Assembly (NCBI GenBank): GCA_002839825.1
Contig: PGYU01000013.1
Span: 1,920-65,919, forward strand
Source of the DNA: Ignavibacteriae bacterium HGW-Ignavibacteriae-1
Lineage (GTDB): Bacteria > Bacteroidota > Ignavibacteria > Kapaibacteriales > UBA2268
Reading direction: 5' to 3'
Length of the DNA stretch: 64,000 nucleotides
Position 1 is the first letter of the stretch. Every line of letters begins with the position of its first letter. Position numbers and translations under genes: made by a program. Shown here piece after piece: positions 18,057-28,031 of this stretch. The notes under the pieces were generated by a model that searched no databases, was not told the origin of the DNA, and saw only the letters and a list, made by a program, of their open reading frames with translations.

Positions 18057-18572
18057 TTACCAAGCATATCCCAAAACTACACCCAATCCGAATGGACGAT
18101 ATGTGAGACCGCTAATATCGAGAACATTAAAAGTAAGACTTACATAAGGTTCGACTACAAAACCGCCTTCAAAGACCCATTTGTAAGCAGCTTCTCCGCC
18201 AATACTTAATGAAGTACCACCGCTAAATGTAGAATGCTCAAAACTCCAAAAGCCTAAAGATACAGCCGGTCCAAAGCCGAAACCTCTCAAAGCTTTATCT
18301 TCTTCTTGGAATAAATACCATCTGTATGAACCACCTACACCAAAAGCTGACCAACCCGCAAAACCCCAGTAAAGAGCATCAACTGTGAAAGAATTTTCAG
18401 CAGTCACTTGTTGCTCGTATTTTGCATTGAAAAATCCAAAAGCTAAACCAATCGGGTTAACACCAATGGATTGGTTGTAATTTTTCACAACACGTTGCGC
18501 GAACATATCTTGAACGCTTGCCGTCATCAAGATTATCGCAATTGCAAATATTAAAACGTACAATTTCTTCAT
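18057..18572 (-). CDS. Small outer-membrane beta-barrel, DUF3575-like
   Basis: Signal peptide, GVNPIGL, AKYEQQV, YRWY, GFVVEPY and terminal LGYAW. Confidence 0.7.
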   Translation of the reverse strand: MKKLYVLIFAIAIILMTASVQDMFAQRVVKNYNQSIGVNPIGLAFGFFNAKYEQQVTAENSFTVDALYWGFAGWSAFGVGGSYRWYLFQEEDKALRGFGFGPAVSLGFWSFEHSTFSGGTSLSIGGEAAYKWVFEGGFVVEPYVSLTFNVLDISGLTYRPFGLGVVLGYAW

Positions 18573-18767
18573 AGAATCTCCCCAAAATTATTTTAACAAC
18601 ATTCATTCTATCAAATACAAATTAAAGTTAAACTTTTGATATATCCAAGTTCTATTTGAAAATTTGTTAAGATTTTTCCAGCTTAGTCAAAAGAATTTGT
18701 TATTCTTTAATATTTTCTTATTTTTACTTTATGAAATTCATTAACATTGTAATTTTAGCAACATTTT

Positions 18768-19313
18768 ATGAAGAAACATTTCGTAATTATCGTATTATTG
18801 GCAATCACATTTATTTCAATCAATGATGCAAATGCCCAAAACAGTTTATTTGGTGTAGATTTGGGTTTGGCTCTTCCTGCCGGAGGTTTAAACGCCGGAA
18901 CGGGTTTTGGCATCGAAGCAAAAGGAATTATTCCGATGAAAAAACATCCGTACATCGCTTTCGGAATAGGTGTGGGTTATTATTGGTGGGGTGAGAAAAA
19001 AATCTCCGGATATGACAACAGTCGAAGCAATATACCAATATCGGCAACCTTGATGTTGTTTGTTTCACAGAACCCAATCCGGTTATATTTTGGTTCAGAC
19101 TTTTCGATGAACTTCATGTCTATTACATCTGAATCATGGTTTAGTGGTGTCAAAGGATCCAGAACTGACCAACACTTTGGCTTTGCTCCACTTTTTGGTA
19201 TAATTGCACCTATCGGTGACAACACTAATATCATAGGCACTATGAAGTACAATCTTATCTTAATAGACGAAACTTTTAACTTCCTTTCTTTGCGCGTTGG
19301 CTTAACGTTTTAG
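18768..19313 (+). CDS. Small outer-membrane beta-barrel protein (OmpA-TM/PorT-like)
   Basis: Signal peptide, LGLALPAG, NIPISA and terminal LRVGLTF. Confidence 0.7.
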   Translation: MKKHFVIIVLLAITFISINDANAQNSLFGVDLGLALPAGGLNAGTGFGIEAKGIIPMKKHPYIAFGIGVGYYWWGEKKISGYDNSRSNIPISATLMLFVSQNPIRLYFGSDFSMNFMSITSESWFSGVKGSRTDQHFGFAPLFGIIAPIGDNTNIIGTMKYNLILIDETFNFLSLRVGLTF

Positions 19314-19386
19314 TTAGATGGAATCTCGCGGTGGGTGTAGATATTAATAATTGTGAATAATTTAACCATTTAGATATAGGTGTAAT

Positions 19387-20157
19387 ATGCTTAGAGTTTT
19401 AAAAAATCTTTTAAAGTTTTTATTAGCCACATTGATTTTGATTAGTTGTTCTTCATCAAATTTTTATTACCAACTTTACGAAATTGACTCAAATGACCTG
19501 AAAATTTCACAAGAAAAAGTAGAGTATGAAAATTCTGATGTCATGTTAACATTTGATTTTTGGGCGCAGAATGGTAAATCTAACATACAGATTTACAACA
19601 AGACTGATTATGATGTCATAATTGACTTAGAGCATTCACATCTCATTGTTAATAATTTAGCTGTACCTTATTATGAGGAACGTGTGCATTCTTATAGTGA
19701 TACAAAATCAGAAGAAAAAACAGAAAATACTTCTAAAGGTTCTGCTGTTTCTTCCGAGTATATGTCAACATCTACAGTAGAAATACCTGCAACCAAAAAG
19801 ATTATTATTCCCCCAAAGTCATTTAAGATGATAAATGGCTTAGAACTTAATAATCAGCTTAACATGAATTGCAATTTAATTAGGTATCCAAGTCGAAGGG
19901 AGATTAATACTCAATATTTCCAAGAGGCACATTCGCCATATGTTTATCGTAATATTTTAACATATAGTCTTATGGAATCAGTGCCTGTCACAAAAAAAGT
20001 TGAAAATAGGTTTTGGGTCTCATCTATAACGAATTATCCGATAAATGAATTTATTGGTTGGAGAAAATCAATCATTTGCGAAACAGAATATTCATCATTA
20101 GTTTTCAAGCATCACCTTTCAAGAAGATTTTATATTGAGTATTTAAGAACATACTAA
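19387..20157 (+). CDS. Hypothetical lipoprotein
   Basis: Lipobox LILISC after a hydrophobic stretch; 256-aa ORF. Confidence 0.65.
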   Translation: MLRVLKNLLKFLLATLILISCSSSNFYYQLYEIDSNDLKISQEKVEYENSDVMLTFDFWAQNGKSNIQIYNKTDYDVIIDLEHSHLIVNNLAVPYYEERVHSYSDTKSEEKTENTSKGSAVSSEYMSTSTVEIPATKKIIIPPKSFKMINGLELNNQLNMNCNLIRYPSRREINTQYFQEAHSPYVYRNILTYSLMESVPVTKKVENRFWVSSITNYPINEFIGWRKSIICETEYSSLVFKHHLSRRFYIEYLRTY

Positions 20158-20172
20158 GTTTATACAAAAAAT

Positions 20173-20997
20173 CTAATCATTTACGGCTTTCTTCAAATGC
20201 AAATCCATCTGCGGAAACGGAATAGTCAGCCCTTTCTTAGGGAAAGTGTTGTAAACTTTCTCGTGCATATCGAAATAAATATTCCAATAATCTTCACTTT
20301 TGCACCACACTCTTACAGTGAAATCAACTGAACTATTATTGAGCTTCGATAAAGCAATCAATGGTTCGGGTTCAGGCAGAACTCGGTCATCTTCGGCAAT
20401 TAGGCTCTGAAGAGTCTCGCGTGCTACTTCGGCGCTATCACCGTACGAAATCGAAAAGAGCATATCCACTCTGCGTTCAGTCTCGTGAGTGAAATTTATC
20501 AGTGATGAATTAGCCAAATTTCCGTTCGGCAAAAAGACTACGCGATTATCGAATGTTTTTAATAATGTGTTGAAAATCTGGATTTCGTAAACTGTACCGA
20601 TATATCCCTGAGTTTCGATTACATCGCCTACCCTGAATGGTTTGAACATGAGTATCATTACACCACCGGAAAAATTCTGCAATGTGCCGGATAGCGACAT
20701 CCCAATAGCCAAACCCGCTGCACCCAACAATGCTATAAACGAGGTCATCTCAAATCCGAGCATGGATGCAACTGAAATAATCAACAAGACTCTGAGCAAG
20801 ATATTTAATAATGTTCGCAGAAATGGACGCAAAGACGGGTCAATATGCTTTGCTTCTAAAATTCTGCCTAATGCTTTGCCCACAAATTTTATGAGCCACA
20901 ATCCAATAATTAAAGTCGGAATAGCGACGAGTAATTTCAACCCGTAGATTACTGCAATTTCTGATAAATAATTGACTAAACTGTTAATGTTGTCCAT
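20173..20997 (-). CDS. mscS: Small-conductance mechanosensitive channel MscS
   Basis: GAAGLAIGMSLSGTLQNFSGG, KPFRVGDVI, LPNG and TIPFPQ. Confidence 0.95.
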   Translation of the reverse strand: MDNINSLVNYLSEIAVIYGLKLLVAIPTLIIGLWLIKFVGKALGRILEAKHIDPSLRPFLRTLLNILLRVLLIISVASMLGFEMTSFIALLGAAGLAIGMSLSGTLQNFSGGVMILMFKPFRVGDVIETQGYIGTVYEIQIFNTLLKTFDNRVVFLPNGNLANSSLINFTHETERRVDMLFSISYGDSAEVARETLQSLIAEDDRVLPEPEPLIALSKLNNSSVDFTVRVWCKSEDYWNIYFDMHEKVYNTFPKKGLTIPFPQMDLHLKKAVND

Positions 20998-21177
20998 TTA
21001 CTTCCCGTGATATTTCAAAATATTTTTTATTAAACGATACCTATACAATGTTGCAATATATAGTTTGTGAGGCGAAATGTCAAATCAAAGGTGGACAGTC
21101 TGATAATCTCGGTGGTATCTCAAATCGTTTGACTTCGCAAGAAGAATTAATCACAAAAATGCTCTTCCTCCGAATTT

Positions 21178-23979
21178 TTAATGTGCTTCGAGCCAATTTG
21201 AGCCGATTCCTGTTTCCACAATTACAGGAACTTCGCCCAATGTTAGAGCCGAGCTCATTTTATCAATCACAAGTGATTTGATTTCGTCAATTTCACTTTT
21301 CTGCACTTCGAAGACAAGTTCGTCATGGACTTGGAGCAACATCTTAGAATTATATTTATTTTTGGCAAATTCATTGTGAATCGTAATCATTGCGATTTTG
21401 AGCATATCACTTGCTGTGCCTTGAATTGGCAAATTGATTGCGGCACGTTCGGCAGCATTTCGCAAATTGAAATTCTTGTTGTCAATATCCGGGAAATACC
21501 GTCGGCGACCGCACAAAGTCTCTGCGTAGCCGTGTTTGCGAGTGAATTCTACAGTTAAATCCATATATTTTTTAATTCCTGCATATTTTGTGAAATAATT
21601 ATCAATTATTTCCTTTGCTTCGGAGCGGGATAAGCTCAATCGCTGAGCCAAACCAAAACTTCCAAGCCCGTACATAATCCCGAAATTTACCGTTTTTGCA
21701 ATTCGACGCATATCCTGATTCACTTCCGATATTGGCTTGCCGAACAGCACTGAAGCCGTTGCGGAGTGAATATCATGATTTTGGCGGAAGCTATCAATCA
21801 TTTGCTCGTCGCCACAAATGTGAGCCATAATCCTCAACTCAATTTGTGAATAATCCGCAGACAATATCACGTAATCATCATTTTTAGCTATAAAAGCCTT
21901 ACGGATTTCCTTACCTTTGTCCGTTCTGATGGGAATATTCTGCAAATTCGGGTCAGTTGACGAAAGTCGCCCGGTGCTCGCCACAGTTTGGTTGTAAGTA
22001 GTGTGAATTCTGCCCGTAGTCTTGTTTATCAATCTTGGGAGCGAGTCCACATAAGTTGATTTCAATTTCTGGATTTGACGATATTCGACGATATACGATG
22101 CAATCGGATATGATAAGGAAAGTTCGTTCAGCACCTGAACGTCTGTGCTATAGCCGGTTTTATTTTTTTTGATTGGCGGAATTTGCATTTTTTCAAATAA
22201 AATTTCAGCTAATTGTTTGGGCGAATCAATATTGAATTCGATTCCTGCTTCTGCAAAAATCAACCTTTGCAAATCTGCGGCTTCAATTTCGATTTGTTTC
22301 GATACTTCAAGCAATGCACTTGTATCAATGCAAATGCCGTTCGCCTCCATTTGCGTCAGCACTTCAATCAGCGGAAATTCGATATTATGCGCCAAATCGA
22401 ACAGCTTTTTGTCCTTTGCTAATGCTTCGTCCAATTTTGCATAAAGTCGTAGCGCCAAATCGGCATCTTCTGAAGCATAATCCTTGATGATTTCAGGGTC
22501 CACATCGCTCATGGAAATTTGCTCAGATTTTTTCTCACCAATTAACGAACTGATTGGAATCGGTTCGTAATTCAACCATTTTTTAGACAAATCATTCAGA
22601 TTGTGCTTTTGGTCAGGGTCTAAAACGTAGGATGCCACCATGGAATCGAACGCAATAGGTGATAAATCAACACCGTGACGTTTCATGATACTCATGTCAA
22701 ATTTGATGTTTTGACCACACTTTTTGATATTCGGATTTGTCAAAATCGGAGCAAGTTTGGAAATTGCGAGGTTTACGGGGATTTGATTGTCGCGTCGTGG
22801 TGCGGGCTTTTTCTCGGAGAAGAGATTTGAACTGTATTCAGGCAAATTATCCTCATCATAATAAACCGGAATATAGCATCCGGTAAATTCGGCAATGGAA
22901 ATCGCGATGCCTACGATGTTGCAAGTCGCACGGTCTAATCCTGTGGTTTCGAGGTCGAAAGAGAGTGTATTTGCGCGTGATAATTCCGCAATCAAAGCAT
23001 CTAATTTTTCGATTGAATCAATCAAGCGGTAATCCTTGTCAATACTGCCAAAGTTATCATGCTGCTTTTGCTCAATCTCATGAGTGACATTGAGCCAAAT
23101 TTCGGGATTGCTTTTTCTCCGCCATTTCTCGCGAATAGTATTGAAACCTGCTTCCGCGAATAATTTGTCCAATTCGATAAATTGCGTTTCGCCCTTTTTC
23201 AAATCTTCCAAACTCGGCTCGAGTTGCATATTTGTATCAATAGTAACAAGCTCTTTAGAAAGCATTGCCATTTCTCTTTCACCTTCGAGTTTTGTTCGGA
23301 CGGATAGTTTCTCGATTTTATCCAAATTTTCGTATATTGCTTCAACGCTGCCGAACTCGACTACAAGAGGAATCGCCGTTTTTTCACCAATCCCTTTCAC
23401 ACCCGGCACATTATCGGAAGCATCTCCAATCAATGCCAGCACGTCAATCACTTGGTCGGGACGGACACCGAATTTTTCTTTAACTTCATTAATCCCGACG
23501 TATTCAAAGTCTTCGCCTTTGCGTCCGGGTTTCATTAGCGTTACTTTCTCGTCCACGAGTTGGTAATAGTCCTTGTCCGACGTTACGCAGACAGCTTGCC
23601 AATCATTTGCAGATGCATTTTTGGCGATTGTCCCGATTATATCATCGGCTTCAAATCGAGCGATTTCGATGCATTTGATGCCAACGAATTCCAAGAATTG
23701 TTTGATTCGTGGCAATTGTGGGATTAATTCTTCGGGAAATTCTGCACGATTTGCTTTATATGCTTCGTAACGTTCGTGCCGAAAGGTTGGTTCTGCACGG
23801 TCGAAAGCTACGGAAATGTATTCGGGGTTTTCTCGCTCCAAAAGCGACGAAATCATGTTTGTAAAGCCAAAGAGCGCCCCCGTGGGTTCGCCCGATGGTG
23901 ATTTCAAACCGGATTTTATCATTGCATGATGCGCCCTAAAGACCAAGGACATGCCGTCTATTAAAAATAATTTATTCAA
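21178..23979 (-). CDS. polA: DNA polymerase I
   Basis: 5'-exonuclease LIDGMSLVFRA and EADDIIGT, 3'-exonuclease FDLETTG, polymerase motifs ADYSQIELR, KTVNFGIMYG and LQVHDELVFE. Confidence 0.98.
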   Translation of the reverse strand: MNKLFLIDGMSLVFRAHHAMIKSGLKSPSGEPTGALFGFTNMISSLLERENPEYISVAFDRAEPTFRHERYEAYKANRAEFPEELIPQLPRIKQFLEFVGIKCIEIARFEADDIIGTIAKNASANDWQAVCVTSDKDYYQLVDEKVTLMKPGRKGEDFEYVGINEVKEKFGVRPDQVIDVLALIGDASDNVPGVKGIGEKTAIPLVVEFGSVEAIYENLDKIEKLSVRTKLEGEREMAMLSKELVTIDTNMQLEPSLEDLKKGETQFIELDKLFAEAGFNTIREKWRRKSNPEIWLNVTHEIEQKQHDNFGSIDKDYRLIDSIEKLDALIAELSRANTLSFDLETTGLDRATCNIVGIAISIAEFTGCYIPVYYDEDNLPEYSSNLFSEKKPAPRRDNQIPVNLAISKLAPILTNPNIKKCGQNIKFDMSIMKRHGVDLSPIAFDSMVASYVLDPDQKHNLNDLSKKWLNYEPIPISSLIGEKKSEQISMSDVDPEIIKDYASEDADLALRLYAKLDEALAKDKKLFDLAHNIEFPLIEVLTQMEANGICIDTSALLEVSKQIEIEAADLQRLIFAEAGIEFNIDSPKQLAEILFEKMQIPPIKKNKTGYSTDVQVLNELSLSYPIASYIVEYRQIQKLKSTYVDSLPRLINKTTGRIHTTYNQTVASTGRLSSTDPNLQNIPIRTDKGKEIRKAFIAKNDDYVILSADYSQIELRIMAHICGDEQMIDSFRQNHDIHSATASVLFGKPISEVNQDMRRIAKTVNFGIMYGLGSFGLAQRLSLSRSEAKEIIDNYFTKYAGIKKYMDLTVEFTRKHGYAETLCGRRRYFPDIDNKNFNLRNAAERAAINLPIQGTASDMLKIAMITIHNEFAKNKYNSKMLLQVHDELVFEVQKSEIDEIKSLVIDKMSSALTLGEVPVIVETGIGSNWLEAH

Positions 23980-24037
23980 TTTCGTGTTTACTCGCTTTAT
24001 TCAAAATTCGATAGAAAGAAATTTCAAAATATTATTG

Positions 24038-24045
24038 TAATTTTG
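24038..24045 (+). promoter_or_regulatory. Putative TAnnTTTG -7 element for purN
   Basis: TAATTTTG 35 nt upstream of the ATG. Confidence 0.4.
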
Positions 24046-24079
24046 GGATATATTAGATTAACAATTTACGCAAATAAAA

Positions 24080-24676
24080 ATGAGTTTAAGAATAGCGTTT
24101 TTTGCATCACATGGCGGAAGCAATATGCAAGCAATTATTGATGCCATAAAATCAGGCGAAACTGATGCAGTTGCCGCATTAGTGATTTCGAATAATTCTG
24201 AAAGCGGAGCGATTGAAAGAGCCAAAAAAGAAGGAATTCCTTTCAGTCACATCAGTTCCAAAACGCATCCTGACGAAAACGAGCGAATCTCGACAATGAT
24301 TGAAAAATTAGATGAGTGCAATATTGATTTGATAATTTTAGCCGGATATATGAAAAAAATCCCAAGTCAAATTATCGAGCACGTCGGTGGGCGAGTTTTG
24401 AATATTCACCCGGCATTACTGCCCAAATTTGGTGGCGAAGGAATGTACGGAATGAACGTTCACAAGGCTGTCATCGAATCCGGCGAGACTGTTTCGGGGG
24501 CAACGGTTCATCTTGTGGATTCGGAATATGACCGCGGCAGAATTTTGATGCAAAAGGAAGTGCCCGTTCTTGCCGATGACACGCCTGAAACACTTGCTGC
24601 AAGGGTGCTTGTAGCAGAGCATTTACTATATAAAGAGACATTGAAAAAAATAATTTCAGGTGATATAATTATCTGA
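24080..24676 (+). CDS. purN: Phosphoribosylglycinamide formyltransferase
   Basis: GSNMQAI, LAGYMK, NIHPALLPKFGG and SGATVHLVDSEYDRG. Confidence 0.96.
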   Translation: MSLRIAFFASHGGSNMQAIIDAIKSGETDAVAALVISNNSESGAIERAKKEGIPFSHISSKTHPDENERISTMIEKLDECNIDLIILAGYMKKIPSQIIEHVGGRVLNIHPALLPKFGGEGMYGMNVHKAVIESGETVSGATVHLVDSEYDRGRILMQKEVPVLADDTPETLAARVLVAEHLLYKETLKKIISGDIII

Positions 24677-27600
24677 CGATGATAATTTTCCGCTTGTAAA
24701 TTTTATCATTGTTTGTAATCACTAACAAATATACTCCGGTTGAATACAAATTGTGGTCAATTCCATGCTCGATATATGAACCATTTGAGTGCAAAGAAGC
24801 TTTTTCGATGGAATTGCCGTTCATGTCGAAAAATTCTAATTTCGGGCTTACAAACTGAATTTTTCCGCTTGTCAGAATCATCTTGTTATTATCGAATTTT
24901 ATGGTAAAATCCTCGTCCGAATCTACAGAATGCACACTTGCAGGGTCATAAGCATTGCCTCGAATATAAAATGTGTTATCACCTGCGAGAGTGCTGATGG
25001 TTAATTTCATTGATTTTTCACCTGAAGTTTTAGGTTCAAACCGCACTTCAGCACTTTCCAATTTGTCCGGAGCAAATGACGTTGTGAAATCAACCTTGAG
25101 GTAAATCTCGTCCGCTGATGTTCCTCCGTCATATTGTAATGACTGTGACATCTTTTCCAGTCGCATGTTTCCGTCATTTATCAAGAAAATATGAGCAGCT
25201 TTGGAAGCTTGAATTGCTGTTGTATCGAAATCTAAAGTATCAGGGCTCGCAAGCGAAAGTGAATATTTGGCATTAATCGGAATGATGTCGAATTCGAGAA
25301 ATCCAATATCATATGCTTGATTCCAAAGTCGCGATTTGCCGCCGCTTGTAAATCCGGCGCCTGTGTTCACTTTGCCGAAGCGATAATCTAAAGTCAATTC
25401 ATGTCGCCAAGTATAGCCCAAATCTTCCGATGAAGTTACTTCGCCATTGCTATGTAGCACCACGACAGATTTTGACGAATCAGGACAATATGAAAATACA
25501 GGAACCCGTTCGATAGTATTGAAATCGAATACATTTTCAGTCCAAGTTTGCCCACCATTGACAGTGTTGTAAACTTTCCCTATGTTGGCTGCTGTTCCGG
25601 CGCCCGGTCCGAATGCAACAGCCGAATCTTGATTTACCAAAGTGATATACTTAATCAAACCGTCCGAAGCCACATCGGAGATTTCCCACGTTTTCCCTCG
25701 GTCATCGGAATATATGATTCTGCCCGCACTTGTGCCTGCCATGACTTTATCGCCATAAGATGCAAATGCACCACGAACTAATGCTTCGCCGCTTTGCAAT
25801 GTGAATGTATTGGCGATTTCAGCCCATTTCCCGGCTTCTTTGCGAGCGATTCCAAAAGACTGGTTAGCTTTCAGCTTTTCGCCAAATGCGATAGTGGTCT
25901 CATCTTCATAAACGATAATTCCATGAATCTTCTTCACGAAACTCGAAATGTCTTCGCTCTGCCATGTTTTGCCCGTATCTTTGGTCGAAACTACTCTCGA
26001 TTTCAAATTGCCGCCCGATACAGCTCCAAATGCTCGTGCAACCGAAAAAGCCTGAACAGATTGGACAGTATCATTCTGGAAAAATCCCAAAGTTCTGCCC
26101 CAATGATAAATCATACCACCGTCCATATCATAGTTATAGCCGCCCACCCAAAAGTCAAATCTTCCGGCTGATGATGCCGAATTCCAAACTATTGCATCGT
26201 ATTCGGGCGATGTTTCTGCCACTAAATATGTGTTATAAGTTGGTATTTCAATCGGCATTTTGACGGTTTCGATATTGAAATATCCTTCGTCATTTCGATA
26301 TTCGATTATTAAATCAATATTGCCGCTAAACCAAGGGTTCAGTTGATTCAATTGGAAACCTAATGTTTTTTCAAAACTGGAATTTCCTTCGAAATTATCA
26401 ATTGTGAATTCAATTTCTTTTTGATTTACATAGTTTCCTTTGGCAATTATTTTCACGTCCAAATCATTGGTAGAGGAAAGGAAATTTCGAAATGTAAATT
26501 TTAAATTTGTTGGGTTGTACGATGTAATTGCATCTGAATTTTCAATTAAAATGTGTTCTATCGCTATTCCGGGAGAACTTTCGCCATCGGGGAAATTCAT
26601 TGTGAGTGCTTTCCCTGCATTGAGCGAGCCGTAGAAGAAGCGTTCATACAAATGAAGCGATGGGTTGAAAAGATTAGCTGCGGCGCGGATTCTGTGCTTT
26701 ATTTCATGTGTGCTGATTTCGGGCTTAACAGTCTTCAGCAAAGCGACGATTCCGCTCACAAAAGGTGCAGCCATCGAAGTGCCCGATTTTGTTTTGTATG
26801 TATTTAGAGGCATAGTGGACATAATGCCATCGCCCGGGGCGAAAATATCCACATTAATACCATAATGCGTAAAGCCCGATGGTGAGCCACCTTTGGTAAT
26901 CGAACCAACTGAAATTATGCCGGGCAAAGATGCAGGATAAAATGGAAATTCATCATTATTAAGTATGAAATTTCCCGCTGCGGCAACGATTACTATGTTT
27001 TGTTCTAAGAGCGAATTTACAACGTCATTCATCAGTGGGTCGTGATATTCGCTGCTCCAACTGCAATTGATGATGTCTGCTCCCCGCATCGCAGCATATA
27101 GCATCCCTTCGTAAGGGCGGTAAATATTTCTTGAACCTGTTTGCGATGATAGATTATCGGTGGCGCATTTGACAGCTATAATTTTTGCTCCCCAACTTGC
27201 TGAAGCAATGCCGATTTCGTTATCAGTCGTCGCAGCAGCAACTCCGCTCACATGAGTGCCGTGGTCATTATTGGAAAGAGTTGGTTTAGGATTATTATTC
27301 GCTTCCCACTGATGATTTTTTGCCTCGCTTTCGGAAATATCGCCTACAAAATCCCACCCAAAAACGTCGTCAATAAATCCGTTGCCGTCGTCATCAATTC
27401 CGTTGCCCGGAATTTCTGCCGTATTTATCAAAATCTGACTTTTCAAATCATTGTGGTCAATGTCAATTCCCGAGTCAACAATTCCAATGCGAATATTTTC
27501 AGAGCTTTTCGATTTGTCCCACGCTGCCGAAGCCATTATTTGGTTCAATCCTGTTTGGTCTTTTAGTAGAGGGTCGTTAGGTGTTTCGTCCAATTGATAA

Positions 27601-28031
27601 TATGCTTCGGGAACGCAATATTCTATGTCTTCGTGGGCATTGAGCAATTTAGCAAGTTTGAGCGAATTTTCGTAATCGGAGTGAATTCTGTAAATCATTC
27701 CCAAGCGATTTTTGCTCAAAAGCATATCGTTTTTGAAAAATTTTTGGAAAGGAGTTTCGATTGCTTCAATATTTATTTCATCGCCAACAACAGTCTTGAC
27801 AATTTTCAATATTTGCTCTTTACTCATATATTGATGCGGCTTGATATATATAGAACCACTGACAAATCCACCGTATTTTGGTGTTTTGATATGAAAGACC
27901 TTCCTTGGAGTGTAAAACCCGGAATGAACTTCTTTGCCTTTGATTACTATCTTGTAGGAGTAATCCTCCTGAGATGCATTTAATTGAATTGATATAAGAA
28001 TAAGTAAAGTTAAAGATAACAACTTAAACAT
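24669..28031 (-). CDS. S8 (subtilisin-like) serine peptidase with BNR/Asp-box propeller, Ig-like domain and T9SS sorting domain
   Basis: Catalytic triad in IVDSG, HGTHVSG and SGTSMAAP; SxDxGxTW Asp-boxes; STGVYLL CTD. The start at 28031 overlaps the upstream stop (TGATG) and gives a signal peptide. Confidence 0.9.
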   Translation of the reverse strand: MFKLLSLTLLILISIQLNASQEDYSYKIVIKGKEVHSGFYTPRKVFHIKTPKYGGFVSGSIYIKPHQYMSKEQILKIVKTVVGDEINIEAIETPFQKFFKNDMLLSKNRLGMIYRIHSDYENSLKLAKLLNAHEDIEYCVPEAYYQLDETPNDPLLKDQTGLNQIMASAAWDKSKSSENIRIGIVDSGIDIDHNDLKSQILINTAEIPGNGIDDDGNGFIDDVFGWDFVGDISESEAKNHQWEANNNPKPTLSNNDHGTHVSGVAAATTDNEIGIASASWGAKIIAVKCATDNLSSQTGSRNIYRPYEGMLYAAMRGADIINCSWSSEYHDPLMNDVVNSLLEQNIVIVAAAGNFILNNDEFPFYPASLPGIISVGSITKGGSPSGFTHYGINVDIFAPGDGIMSTMPLNTYKTKSGTSMAAPFVSGIVALLKTVKPEISTHEIKHRIRAAANLFNPSLHLYERFFYGSLNAGKALTMNFPDGESSPGIAIEHILIENSDAITSYNPTNLKFTFRNFLSSTNDLDVKIIAKGNYVNQKEIEFTIDNFEGNSSFEKTLGFQLNQLNPWFSGNIDLIIEYRNDEGYFNIETVKMPIEIPTYNTYLVAETSPEYDAIVWNSASSAGRFDFWVGGYNYDMDGGMIYHWGRTLGFFQNDTVQSVQAFSVARAFGAVSGGNLKSRVVSTKDTGKTWQSEDISSFVKKIHGIIVYEDETTIAFGEKLKANQSFGIARKEAGKWAEIANTFTLQSGEALVRGAFASYGDKVMAGTSAGRIIYSDDRGKTWEISDVASDGLIKYITLVNQDSAVAFGPGAGTAANIGKVYNTVNGGQTWTENVFDFNTIERVPVFSYCPDSSKSVVVLHSNGEVTSSEDLGYTWRHELTLDYRFGKVNTGAGFTSGGKSRLWNQAYDIGFLEFDIIPINAKYSLSLASPDTLDFDTTAIQASKAAHIFLINDGNMRLEKMSQSLQYDGGTSADEIYLKVDFTTSFAPDKLESAEVRFEPKTSGEKSMKLTISTLAGDNTFYIRGNAYDPASVHSVDSDEDFTIKFDNNKMILTSGKIQFVSPKLEFFDMNGNSIEKASLHSNGSYIEHGIDHNLYSTGVYLLVITNNDKIYKRKIIIVR